From positions 5,312,001 through 5,376,000 of the forward strand of contig OY970166.1 of NCBI GenBank assembly GCA_963706595.1: a DNA stretch of 64,000 bases, in the 5' to 3' direction. The notes under the pieces were generated by a model that was given only the letters and a program-made list of their open reading frames with translations, was not told where the DNA came from and did not search any database. Position numbers and translations under genes: made by a program. This document shows, in pieces, positions 9,395-18,787 of the stretch (positions are counted from its first letter, which is position 1; each line of letters begins with the position of its first letter). Origin of the DNA: an uncultured cyanobacterium. Lineage in GTDB: Bacteria > Cyanobacteriota > Cyanobacteriia > Cyanobacteriales > Nostocaceae.

Positions 9395-10540
9395 TTACAA
9401 ATCTGCATCCTTAAGCGATCGCCTAGCCAACTTAGTGTAAGTTTTAACAGTAGCCACAGGCATTTCCAAATCCTCAGCTATCAGCCTTAAAGACTCGCCC
9501 ATTTCGCGCCGTGCCAAAATTGTAGCCCAAGTTGCCGCTATTTTATCAGTGCGATCGCCCCCCTGGCGTTTGCGTTGAGCCGTAAAAATAGCAGTTAACT
9601 CCTCAATGCGTTCTCCCAGGAGATTTGTGAGTAACTGCGTGGGACTGCTGGCTTCTGGTTCCACCCAACTCAGAGAAGTTTGTCCTAAACCAAAAGTCGT
9701 TTTATGTCCCGTTCCACAATAGGGAGCGAGTTTTACCAAAGCATAAAACAACTGGGTAAACTCAGTATTAGCCAAAGCAGCTTTACTTAACCCGCAGGAA
9801 ATCGCCCCAGTGAAACCTGTTACAGAACCTCGTTTACCAGCAGCAACCTTCACAGATTCCAAGCGGTGTTGATGAATAATCACACTTTCGTCAATCCAAT
9901 CGAGAAAATCAGCTTGTGATATAGGGATTTGGGAAAAATCATTCCAGCGCCGCAGATAGCTATGGAAGAGATTCACAGGTACTGGGAGGGGGAAATGATG
10001 ACCTTTGCGGCGAAAGCTGGTAGGTGAGATAAAGCTGAGATTGACCTGAGAGTATTTTGCTGGTGGTTGTAATAGTTGGGCGTAGGTGGTGGGTGGAAGA
10101 GAGATTCTCACCTGTTTTATCTGTAGAGTAGCATCTCTTAATTTTAGAGTTTGTGGCAATTGGGTTAACCATTGTTGGAGAAACTCAGCCACTTTTGCAG
10201 ATAAAGCGTTGACTTGCCAGTGTAAAATTTGGTTGGCTTCTAGTTGTAATTGTTTACCGGTGGGAAATAGTTGACTTTCTAGGGCTGAGATATTGAAGGG
10301 TTTTTCTGACTCGCCATCATGGAGATAGGCGGAAAGGTCTGGGTCAAGTTGTCGCACTTGGTCAAGAAACCAAGCATGGAGGGCGATGGTGTATTGGGAG
10401 TAGAGGGAACTGGTGGTAAGTGCTTCGAGGTCAAATTCTAATCCCACCAATTCGGTGTTATCTGCCCATGTGGGAGGTGTTGAGGTAGGTGATGATTTGG
10501 GCTTGGGTTGACGATTGGTAGGTTTAGCTGTTCTGAGCAT
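9395..10540 (-). CDS. cas6: CRISPR-associated endoribonuclease Cas6 with C-terminal HTH-like extension
   Basis: KPFNIS, FISPTSFR, G-rich loop GTGHKTTFGLG; adjacent to array 1. Confidence 0.93.
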   Translation of the reverse strand: MLRTAKPTNRQPKPKSSPTSTPPTWADNTELVGLEFDLEALTTSSLYSQYTIALHAWFLDQVRQLDPDLSAYLHDGESEKPFNISALESQLFPTGKQLQLEANQILHWQVNALSAKVAEFLQQWLTQLPQTLKLRDATLQIKQVRISLPPTTYAQLLQPPAKYSQVNLSFISPTSFRRKGHHFPLPVPVNLFHSYLRRWNDFSQIPISQADFLDWIDESVIIHQHRLESVKVAAGKRGSVTGFTGAISCGLSKAALANTEFTQLFYALVKLAPYCGTGHKTTFGLGQTSLSWVEPEASSPTQLLTNLLGERIEELTAIFTAQRKRQGGDRTDKIAATWATILARREMGESLRLIAEDLEMPVATVKTYTKLARRSLKDADL

Positions 10541-10579
10541 TACCGATTTCTATGCAAGTGTTGTTGAGTATTTTACTCT

Positions 10580-11212
10580 GTTTCCGTCCCCTTGCGGGGA
10601 ATATTTAAGCGGAAATTTGGGGAAACTGTATCTGGGTTAAGATGGTCAAAGGGTTTCCATCCCCTTGCGGGGAATATTTAAGCGGAAAGTCAAAGTTGTT
10701 CCCAACCGTCCTAGACACGCCATACTGTTTCCATCCCCTTGCGGGGAATATATAAGCGGAAAGCACGGTTACGCTGTTCTTAGCGTTTTGGGTTACTCGT
10801 TTCCATCCCCTTGCGGGGAATATATAAGCGGAAAGTATATTTCGCCTCAAAAGAAATTTTTGATAAGTTCTTGCACGCGTTTCCATCCCCTTGCGGGGAA
10901 TATATAAGGGGAAAGTCTACGAAGAGGCGATCGCGGAAGGAAAGATCAAACCACAGTTTCCATCCCCTTGCGGGGAATATTTTAGCGGAAAGTCCTAAAC
11001 AGTTTTGAATCTCTCTACCGTCAATTTGGTTTCCATCCCCTTGCGGGGAATATATAAGCGGAAAGGCATACATCAACTATGGGGGTAAGCTGCTGTTGAA
11101 GATGTTTCCATCCCCTTGCGGGGAATATTTTAGCGGAAAAATGCGAATCATTCCAAGATGCGATCGCAAAAGAAAGTTTCCATCCCCTTGCGGGGAATAT
11201 TTTAGCGGAAAA
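10580..11212 (-). CRISPR. CRISPR array 1: 9 repeats of 37 bp (consensus as transcribed CTTTCCGCTTATATATTCCCCGCAAGGGGATGGAAAC), 8 spacers of 35-43 bp
   Basis: Repeats start at 10580, 10653, 10727, 10799, 10879, 10956, 11029, 11104, 11176; orientation inferred from the 3' GGAAAC end and leader position. Confidence 0.97.
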
Positions 11213-11410
11213 ACCGCCATCTGAAACGTAATATCTGAGCAGGTTCTAGAGGCGAAATTGGCAAACCTATTTTAGCTGACCAAGAAATCAACCTGAAACA
11301 CTGCTAACAGAAACAGTGGAAACTCTATAACTATTGAATTATCAAGGTTCTGGCGATTTGGCGAACCCCCCAGGGTTTTTGACCTCACTATAGGTCTGCC
11401 AAAAATCAAG
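11213..11410 (-). promoter_or_regulatory. Leader of CRISPR array 1
   Basis: Non-coding; contains the GGCAGACC...AAAAACCCTGGGGGGTTCGCCA...AGGTTTGCCA pattern typical of cyanobacterial leaders. Confidence 0.7.
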
Positions 11411-11511
11411 CTAATAAAAATCATAAACCGATTGTTTGAGCTTGTCCAGTATTTAATCAAACATCACAGCCCAGACATTTCTATACAGCTTGGGGGTAGG
11501 GTGCGATGAAT

Positions 11512-12450
11512 TTATTCAACACCTTCCTGGTTTAATTCCTGCTGAAACTCAGAAATTGACCTTGTAATACTAGCCTTTTTTAACAATGGCTTCAGCCGAG
11601 CATGATCATAAATTTGATTGAGTTGTTCAACCAATTCGGGAGGAACATGATTAAATCGAGCTTCTAAAACTTCAGCTATAGACTGCTGGATGCCTTCAGC
11701 TATACCTATGCGTTCTATGCTTGTTATGTATGTCATCTCTTTTTCAGCCTCAAAACGCTTCAATTCAGTTTTGAAATTCAAGTCTAAATCCGGTGGTAAA
11801 GTCATTAATCTGTCCAGCAACCGGAATAGCTGAGAGATTTTATCTCTACTATAGCCTAACTCATACATTCGTTTAATCAGGCTCAACTTCCAGCGCAATC
11901 GACCTGTTAAATCTTGAGTTGTCGCTTGTGTCCGCAGGTGCGCCATCACCAGTACAGCAAAAGGACTATCACTTTGTTCTAATTCTAACCAACGGGCTTC
12001 ATAGTCCAGTAGTTTGACGATGGGAAATTGCAGACTCAGCCGACATCCCCAGCGTTCATAACTATATTCTTGCGATCGCCAACTTGGTTGATTATCCCCC
12101 AAAATTGCCAAGCTCACAACTTCTTGGTTATAACGGTCAAAAATTCTGTAATGGTACGAAAACATCCGTTTAGCAAAGTTGGGATCAACTTGACTTTGAA
12201 TTTCCAAATGTACCAACAGCCAGGTTTCCTTTCCATCATTTAGCCAAATTTTAATCAGCTTATCGACGACTTGCTTACCAACCTCAGATTCTCTCATCAA
12301 TTGCTGAAGTTCTTTGTCAAGAAACTCATAGCCTCGCGTCCAGTCAATTTCTGCTTGAATTTCTGGAAAAAAGAATGCTAGAAACGCTTCAAAATATTGT
12401 TCTACACCTTCCTTCCAAGCACCATCATAGTCGGCTCGTACTTCACTCAC
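11512..12450 (-). CDS. Rpn/YhgA-like PD-(D/E)xK nuclease-fold protein (putative transposase-like)
   Basis: DYDGAWKE, FLDKEL, VDKLIK, HLEIQSQ, RMFSYHYRIFDRY, MTYITSIERIG; widespread cyanobacterial family. Confidence 0.75.
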   Translation of the reverse strand: MSEVRADYDGAWKEGVEQYFEAFLAFFFPEIQAEIDWTRGYEFLDKELQQLMRESEVGKQVVDKLIKIWLNDGKETWLLVHLEIQSQVDPNFAKRMFSYHYRIFDRYNQEVVSLAILGDNQPSWRSQEYSYERWGCRLSLQFPIVKLLDYEARWLELEQSDSPFAVLVMAHLRTQATTQDLTGRLRWKLSLIKRMYELGYSRDKISQLFRLLDRLMTLPPDLDLNFKTELKRFEAEKEMTYITSIERIGIAEGIQQSIAEVLEARFNHVPPELVEQLNQIYDHARLKPLLKKASITRSISEFQQELNQEGVE

Positions 12451-12512
12451 AGTTATTTCTAGTCAAAGTAGCAAAAATATCATAACCCCTTTTGTGTACA
12501 GCAACCCATATC

Positions 12513-13154
12513 TCAACAGGCACATTTAACGCTTCTAATACTTCCATCGTCTTTGAGAGAAACGATTTTTACGTTCACTGTTTGTCCTTCCTGAAGCAAA
12601 CTAGCTTTCCTCGGTTCTCTCTCAGTTAATTTAATAGTTCCCAAAATCTCGTAAGTTACCTTATTACCATTGATTTTTGTAACTTTTGCCTCTAAGATTT
12701 GATCAACTTGGAAATTTTGGGATTCAAGCACTTTGGCAATTTCTTGTTGACGTGCTGATTCTACAGTAAATGCTGTGGGTGGGGCGATTTCGCCAATGGG
12801 TACACCTCCATCTTTGTAGTAACGCATCAGCCGAGATACCCAGCCTAATATTTGCAGTATGGTTTGAGCATCGGCTTTTTGCAGATAATCACTACAGGTT
12901 GCTTCTATAGTGCGGTAATATCCGAAAGTTTTACCACTGTGTCCAATTTGTTTACCATCTCTGACGAGGGTTTTAAGGTAGGTGAAAAACTTTACATTGG
13001 CATTGGTTTCATTTACTATACTCCGCAAATAGGCGATCGCCTTTCCTAATTCGTTAACATCGGTGTTTTCTTTTACCAGTGTTTGCGCGATCGCATGGGC
13101 AATTTCCCACTGTGTATTGGTTAAAGATTCCAAATTTAAGTCAGCTATAGTCAT
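12513..13154 (-). CDS. CRISPR-associated helical (Csm2/Cas11-like) protein fused to C-terminal S1/OB domain
   Basis: Last cas gene of the operon; helical N-terminus ending ILGWVSRLMRYY; C-terminal LEAKVTKI...LQEGQTVNVKIVSL is S1-like. Confidence 0.6.
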   Translation of the reverse strand: MTIADLNLESLTNTQWEIAHAIAQTLVKENTDVNELGKAIAYLRSIVNETNANVKFFTYLKTLVRDGKQIGHSGKTFGYYRTIEATCSDYLQKADAQTILQILGWVSRLMRYYKDGGVPIGEIAPPTAFTVESARQQEIAKVLESQNFQVDQILEAKVTKINGNKVTYEILGTIKLTEREPRKASLLQEGQTVNVKIVSLKDDGSIRSVKCAC

Positions 13155-13156
13155 AA

Positions 13157-14161
13157 TTAATACATTCCTGTTGGCGGTTGGCGATCGCTGGGGTAACGTA
13201 GAATAGCGGCGAGTTCTTCTAGTTGCTGTTTCTCAATTAACCGTGAGTAAGCAGCTTGAATATGTTTCTGTTTAAATTGTGCTAACTTTTCCCCCGTTAA
13301 TTCATCAGATGCACTGATTTGATAAGATGAATAACGCTCTTTTAAACTTTGCGGTTGGGCAATTTTATCTATACTCACAGTCATGGTTCCCATACCAATA
13401 GGTTTACCGCCACCAACTTTTAAAGCTATGGGATATTTGGGGTCTTGTCCTAAAGCAATTAACAAAGTTCCTAATTCTTCAGGTAATAAATTTTTAAAGT
13501 GTAATTGGGTGATAAACGTGTATTCTCTTCCGGCTTGCTGTACGGCAATTCCTGAATTTTCACCTTTATCAATTGCCTTATTCGTGTTATAATAAAACTT
13601 CCTACCTGCAACCTTACCTTTGATAAAATATGCTTGATTTTCGTCGGGACGGGGACGATATAAAGAAGGCATAAATCCTGTAGAAAAATCCATATTTGTA
13701 CAGGTTGCATCATTGAAATCAAGTAATCCTTGCCAATTTAATGCCCCAAATACCCGACTAGCTGGACAAAGTTTTTCTTGATTATTACAAGGTAGGCGTT
13801 CTTGGGGAATTTTATCTCTATATCTATTAGTGACAACTGCTAAGGTACTATTAGTAATGGCTTCGTATACTGAGCGAATGCAGCCTTTCAGGGAACTTCC
13901 TTGAATTGAGAGTTTTTGGTCAACTCCCTGTACCATTGTTTTGATTAGGGACACTTTGCTGTCAATGTCGCTACCCATGACGACTAAGCCGGTGGAGACG
14001 TGCAAGGATGTCTGCACTTTGAGTTTAAGATATAAAGTACCATGCAGGCGATCGCTCAAATATTTGTGATGTCCCACGGGACGCTCTAAGGTGGGGCGTT
14101 CTTTGGGGAAGGAGACGAGTTCATAAGGTTTTGGGGGAAGTTCGGGACGAGTTTGTGTCAT
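13157..14161 (-). CDS. Type III-D RAMP (Cas7 group, Csm3/Csm5-like)
   Basis: IQGSSLKGCIRSVYEAIT, LCPASRVFG, GRKFY, G-loop KVGGGKPIGMG. Confidence 0.88.
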   Translation of the reverse strand: MTQTRPELPPKPYELVSFPKERPTLERPVGHHKYLSDRLHGTLYLKLKVQTSLHVSTGLVVMGSDIDSKVSLIKTMVQGVDQKLSIQGSSLKGCIRSVYEAITNSTLAVVTNRYRDKIPQERLPCNNQEKLCPASRVFGALNWQGLLDFNDATCTNMDFSTGFMPSLYRPRPDENQAYFIKGKVAGRKFYYNTNKAIDKGENSGIAVQQAGREYTFITQLHFKNLLPEELGTLLIALGQDPKYPIALKVGGGKPIGMGTMTVSIDKIAQPQSLKERYSSYQISASDELTGEKLAQFKQKHIQAAYSRLIEKQQLEELAAILRYPSDRQPPTGMY

Positions 14162-14208
14162 GGATTTATTTCACGCAAAGGCGCAAAGGTTTAGAGGTGG
14201 AGTGTTTA

Positions 14209-14643
14209 TTATTTAATTGTTAAAGCTACAAAGTGTATTGTTGCTGTTTTTTTATCGATAAAATATCTTTGGTCGATATCTGTTTTTTCAGGTGGGATGT
14301 TTTTGGGAAAGCGTCTATCTTTGGGAGAGTTTAAATGAGCTTCTCGTTGTTGAGTTTCCCAATCTTTACCTATTTTAATAAATTCTGGGTCTTCTTCGGC
14401 GATAGTTAAAAGTAGAACTTCATACGTGTTGTTACGTTTCCGTTTCCATCTCAATTCGCAGTCTTCATTAAACATCTGTCCCTCAAGCATGGGGAAATGT
14501 TTTTCTTCGGGTGCTGTTTCCCAATTTTCACTAACTTGATGATTCCAACGTAAAAAATAGTAGCTATTTTCAATTGCTAATTTATCGATTAATGTTAGCA
14601 ATTCGGGAACTGATACAGATTTTTTAACCCCAACAAAAGTCAT
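14209..14643 (-). CDS. csx19: Csx19-like type III-D subunit
   Basis: EGQMFNEDCELRW motif; size and position between RAMP genes. Confidence 0.7.
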   Translation of the reverse strand: MTFVGVKKSVSVPELLTLIDKLAIENSYYFLRWNHQVSENWETAPEEKHFPMLEGQMFNEDCELRWKRKRNNTYEVLLLTIAEEDPEFIKIGKDWETQQREAHLNSPKDRRFPKNIPPEKTDIDQRYFIDKKTATIHFVALTIK

Positions 14644-14698
14644 ATTACAACCCAACACATAAATAGTCTAAACTCCAGTCTTAACTACGAATTACGAA

Positions 14699-15640
14699 TT
14701 ACGAATTACGAATTAGTAAACTACTCCAAGACCTAACACCGCGTTCAAATAAATCATGAACAGTTCCTTCTCGCCAAGTGAGTTGTACACCAAAACCTAA
14801 ATCCATTAATTGGGCTGCGACAGGTGTATCTTGATGGTCTGAAGCGGGGAAACCATATAACTGTGCTTCTGCTGGGGCTAAAAATTCTCCAGCGCCTAAA
14901 AGGTAAGTGTGATTCCATTGTTTATCACTACCTAAAGCCAGAATTTGTTTATCTTCTGACAAAATGCAACCGGGATACTGCACCACAGCTTGAGTTAATT
15001 TCACTTTTACAGTACCTAAACCGCGAGATTTGGCGAAACCTAAACCAAACCAACCATCATTTAAGTCACGCAATACTAAGCCAATTAAACCTAACTGTCC
15101 CAAAGTGAAGTTTTTTAAATGTATTTTGGTGTGAAATTCGCCAGATGTGCAGACTTGATAATTAAATGGACCAACTGCTACAGAACCGAATACTCTATCA
15201 ATGGCTACACCGTTTCGTTCTTCAAGTTTTAATGGTATGGATTTATCAGGATAAGCATCTTCTATTCTCAATCTGCTGGCGATAGAAGTATTACCAAATA
15301 TTTGATCTGTGAAGGAAGAAAGTTTATAAATATCATGAGATGATTGTTTTTCTAGATATTTATAGTCATCATTTAATGGGTCGTTAGCCCAAGGTAAACT
15401 TGAGTTAGTTCTGGTTTCTTTACCCACAGTCCTAACTATCCTTTCCGCATGGGCGCGAATTGCACCTTTTAAGCTGCTTCCTGGTAAATATATAGAACGT
15501 CCCCCAGCGTGATAGGTTTCGACAAATTCCATATCTGGCTTTGTGGGGTCGGCTCCTTCTTTGCCTGATTTGATCAGAATTGGTCCATCGGGTATGATGC
15601 TTAAATGAATGGTGCAGTGGTTGACAAATCTTTTGTGCAT
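14699..15640 (-). CDS. csm3: Type III-D RAMP (Cas7 group, Csm3-like)
   Basis: YLPGSSLKGAIRAHAERI, RNGVAIDRVFG, G-loop GFAKSRGLG. Confidence 0.85.
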   Translation of the reverse strand: MHKRFVNHCTIHLSIIPDGPILIKSGKEGADPTKPDMEFVETYHAGGRSIYLPGSSLKGAIRAHAERIVRTVGKETRTNSSLPWANDPLNDDYKYLEKQSSHDIYKLSSFTDQIFGNTSIASRLRIEDAYPDKSIPLKLEERNGVAIDRVFGSVAVGPFNYQVCTSGEFHTKIHLKNFTLGQLGLIGLVLRDLNDGWFGLGFAKSRGLGTVKVKLTQAVVQYPGCILSEDKQILALGSDKQWNHTYLLGAGEFLAPAEAQLYGFPASDHQDTPVAAQLMDLGFGVQLTWREGTVHDLFERGVRSWSSLLIRNS

Positions 15641-15670
15641 GGCTAAATTTTATTAAGTAAATATTTCGGT

Positions 15671-16291
15671 TTATGCTGCTACTAAATTATTTAGTTGTAT
15701 TTCACACTGTTGGAAAATAAAATTTACAGCAGCAAATAATTTATCTAATTCATAAATGGTGTAAGGAGTGATATTTCTGATGAATTTATCTGCTTCTAAT
15801 TTACCAAATTGCCATGTTCCACCATTAGAAACTATACCATAAATAATAATGGGATATTCTTCATTTAGTTTTTGAGCAGCAATCATTTCTGCTAAACATT
15901 GCGCCCAGCCAGCCTCAAAGTTATCTTGCTTGGCTTCTACTAAAATGACATATGGTTTATCAAATACAACTTTTCCTAATGGGGAACGTTTAGCTAGGAT
16001 ATACTCAGGAAACCCGGATAACTTTTCGTCATAGTTGAATGACTGATGACTCCATAAAATAAAGTTACGACGGTAAATTTTCCAAACTTCTTTGAGTACG
16101 GGATAAATCAGATTTTCACAAATAGCAAATTCGGAGTTATCCACAACCCCATCCCGCATAATGGTTTCTAAATCTTCGCGGAAGTAATCAGATACTTTAA
16201 ACTCAACAGCACTGATAAAATTAGCTTCAGTGTAAGTTACTTGAAATGCTTTGAGAACTTCTGCAATGATTTTGTAATTACTAAAAGCCAT
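15671..16291 (-). CDS. Cyanobacterial PD-(D/E)xK-fold hypothetical protein (HsdR N-terminal-like) inside the cas operon
   Basis: GFPEY...ILVEAK...GWAQCLAEM...YGIVSNGGTWQF pattern. Confidence 0.6.
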   Translation of the reverse strand: MAFSNYKIIAEVLKAFQVTYTEANFISAVEFKVSDYFREDLETIMRDGVVDNSEFAICENLIYPVLKEVWKIYRRNFILWSHQSFNYDEKLSGFPEYILAKRSPLGKVVFDKPYVILVEAKQDNFEAGWAQCLAEMIAAQKLNEEYPIIIYGIVSNGGTWQFGKLEADKFIRNITPYTIYELDKLFAAVNFIFQQCEIQLNNLVAA

Positions 16292-16293
16292 AT

Positions 16294-17142
16294 TTACCTC
16301 TTGACTTCAGAATTATTGTTAGGTACTTTGCTTTTGAGATGATCAATTAATTTTTGTACCCAATGGTCTTTAAATTCCCTTGCATCTTCGTAGGCACTTT
16401 TGTCTCCCATGACCATTTTTTTGAGATAATCTAGTAATAACTCTGGTTGATCTGCGGGATAATCAAACCAAAGCATTTCTTTAATATCTAGTTTAACAAC
16501 TCCCAAGCCACGCAATCGCCCCCCACCCAGTGGTATCTGTTCTGTCTCAAATTGGTGTAACCCAATCATTAAAAGTCCCAGTTCCCATTCTGCGGCGTTT
16601 TCCACTACGGCTTTAAATTCAAACTGTGTCCCAGCAGGAACTACTTGGAAGTCATAGAGTTTCCCATCTGCGGCGGTTTCGGTGTCTCTGTCTATGGCTA
16701 CACCGTCTCTTTCTTGGTACTGTCCAAACCAAGTTTCAGGTAATACGGTTAAGTCCCGCACTTGAAATTTACTAGCTATCCAGGGTGAACCAAAAAGCAG
16801 AGAAATTAAATCAGTTTGTTCAATAATTTCCCTAGTTAAAGCCTCGTCATTATCGCAAGTTTCTTTTAATTCTTTCATCTCTTGGGAGGTAATTGACCAT
16901 TCCGCCTCAATTGCGGGATTTGCAGCAAAACTGGAATCAATACCTCTGAGGAAGCTTTCAAGGCGCGATCGCATTGCACCTTTGAAGCTAGATCCTGGGA
17001 TTAATGGTTTACCTAAAGCATCTTTCATCACTGGTAAATCTGAGCCGATGGGTTCTGTGGAACGTCCGGCGCTAATGCGTAAGGCTGTGATTGTGGTGAG
17101 TACGCCTGTTATTTCTAGGCGGTTTTTGAATGTGTCAAACAT
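16294..17142 (-). CDS. csx7: CRISPR-associated RAMP Csx7 (Cas7 group)
   Basis: IPGSSFKGAMRS, RDGVAIDRDTETA, LYDFQVVPAG, G-loop GGGRLRGLG; ATG at 17142. Confidence 0.82.
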   Translation of the reverse strand: MFDTFKNRLEITGVLTTITALRISAGRSTEPIGSDLPVMKDALGKPLIPGSSFKGAMRSRLESFLRGIDSSFAANPAIEAEWSITSQEMKELKETCDNDEALTREIIEQTDLISLLFGSPWIASKFQVRDLTVLPETWFGQYQERDGVAIDRDTETAADGKLYDFQVVPAGTQFEFKAVVENAAEWELGLLMIGLHQFETEQIPLGGGRLRGLGVVKLDIKEMLWFDYPADQPELLLDYLKKMVMGDKSAYEDAREFKDHWVQKLIDHLKSKVPNNNSEVKR

Positions 17143-17208
17143 AAGGTTGAGGGGTAGAAGGGAGGATTCATTCACGCAGAGGCGCAGAGACGCAGAGAGG
17201 AGAGATTT

Positions 17209-18342
17209 TTAGAGTTTTTCACTGCGTTGAACATGGTCGTGGGTTCCGTAGTATCGTAGGGATAAAATACCTCCTTCTAAAACTTTGCAGCTAATTCTGA
17301 GACTCAAATTAACCCGAAAATGATCTATGTTATTAGAATTTTGATATCGGGTATATTTTAGTGGTTGAAAAAGTACGCTAGTATCTCCATGAGATTCTTT
17401 TAATAATCCCGAAACTTTAGCAAGGTCTTGTTGTAGAGTTGCTTTCTCTTTTGGATCTCTAATTCTGTTGTAATCTGCTCTAAATGTATCTGCATATTCC
17501 AATCTAGGGAAGTCTAGTAAGTCTTTTGACAATAAGTTATTTTTAGATTCATCCCAAATTAAGTTTCCCCATGTAGATAAAACTTTCTTTTCATTATATT
17601 CACCAATTAACGCTTCGGGAATTCCTGTGACTTCTGATAAAGAAAGTCCTGCACCTTCAGCCATTAAAGCTAATTGAACGGTATAAGGTTCAATCACTGA
17701 TTCATCTACTTTTATCGGTAATCTCGGAATTGTAATTAAATTAGATTGTTTACCTTCAAATATGTAAATTATTTCGTCAGAATAGAACATCCCAATGGTG
17801 TTCATATAGCCTTGTAAGCTTTTAAAGCTACCAACTAGGTTAAAACAAATTCTGTAGCTATCTTTCAGAGGTAAAACTTCTTTACGCAACCACACAATTA
17901 GGTTGTCTATTCCTTCGGAAAATTCTTGAGTTGTCGCTGTTGACAATCTAGATGGTGTATAAATCTCTGTATTAAATAATCCCTGTTTTCGCAAAAATTC
18001 CTTGACAATTTCCGCAGTTGCTTTACCTTGTGCGGTATCGGTAGAAATTAACCAGTGAATATCTTGTTTTCCATCTGGTAATTTTTCTTGATATAATCCA
18101 TAAATTCCATTTAGTTCTGCACTAGCCAACCTAATCTGAGGAATTGAACATTTTTTCAGTTTTTCAATTGCTCTAGTTTTCAATGATTCAATTATTAATA
18201 TAACTTCTTTAGAAGTATTCTCTAATGTCAGGTTAGCAGAATCTCTCAGTTGGCTATACCAATCTTTTTCCGATTCTTCGGAACGCTTAATTTGATTTGT
18301 TAGTAAGCTAGTTCCAATGGTAGAAATAACAACTCGACGCAT
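17209..18342 (-). CDS. CARF (APE2256-type) domain plus C-terminal RelE-like nuclease; Cami1-like cOA-activated effector
   Basis: N-terminal STIGTSLL, STDTAQG, NLVGSFKS, YIFEG; C-terminal HFRVNLSLRI...LRYYGTHDHV is RelE/ParE-like. Confidence 0.75.
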   Translation of the reverse strand: MRRVVISTIGTSLLTNQIKRSEESEKDWYSQLRDSANLTLENTSKEVILIIESLKTRAIEKLKKCSIPQIRLASAELNGIYGLYQEKLPDGKQDIHWLISTDTAQGKATAEIVKEFLRKQGLFNTEIYTPSRLSTATTQEFSEGIDNLIVWLRKEVLPLKDSYRICFNLVGSFKSLQGYMNTIGMFYSDEIIYIFEGKQSNLITIPRLPIKVDESVIEPYTVQLALMAEGAGLSLSEVTGIPEALIGEYNEKKVLSTWGNLIWDESKNNLLSKDLLDFPRLEYADTFRADYNRIRDPKEKATLQQDLAKVSGLLKESHGDTSVLFQPLKYTRYQNSNNIDHFRVNLSLRISCKVLEGGILSLRYYGTHDHVQRSEKL

Positions 18343-18379
18343 ATTTTTTACTCCTAATTATTTGCTGAAATGTTTAAGC

Positions 18380-18787
18380 TCAATTTCCATCACGTTTATA
18401 TTTCAAATGACGTGCGCCATAGCCTAAGTAGCGGCGAATTAATTCAAGCCAAATGGGTTTAAAATCAGTTTCACAACAATCAGCAATTATTTGAGCAGCT
18501 TTTTTAATGTTGCTATCAATGTCTGAAATAATTCTTTCAGCTAGAGAGTCTTTACCTCTTCCCCATTTTCTATCTCTTCCTACTTGATAGCAGATAAAGT
18601 TTTTAATCACTTCTGCACTATCGGTGGTGTCAGCTACACGAACTAAGTTACGAAATTGCGATTCTTCTAAATCTCCATAGCTGGTTTTATCCAAAGCGGT
18701 TTTAATCCAAATAACTAAATCATCTTCAGTCTGACGTATACCTTTTTGGATTTTAAATTGTTTCTGTGCATCGGTTTCTTCACTCAT
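18380..18787 (-). CDS. Type III-D small subunit (Csm2/Cas11-like)
   Basis: 135-aa helical protein with SQFRNLV...FICYQVGR motif; overlaps the csx10 stop. Confidence 0.7.
   Translation of the reverse strand: MSEETDAQKQFKIQKGIRQTEDDLVIWIKTALDKTSYGDLEESQFRNLVRVADTTDSAEVIKNFICYQVGRDRKWGRGKDSLAERIISDIDSNIKKAAQIIADCCETDFKPIWLELIRRYLGYGARHLKYKRDGN

Noticed and set aside
10605..11076. Four short ORFs with repeated peptides (YIFPARGWK, YSPQGDGN, FPSPCGEY)
   Set aside because: They are translations of CRISPR array 1 repeats and spacers.
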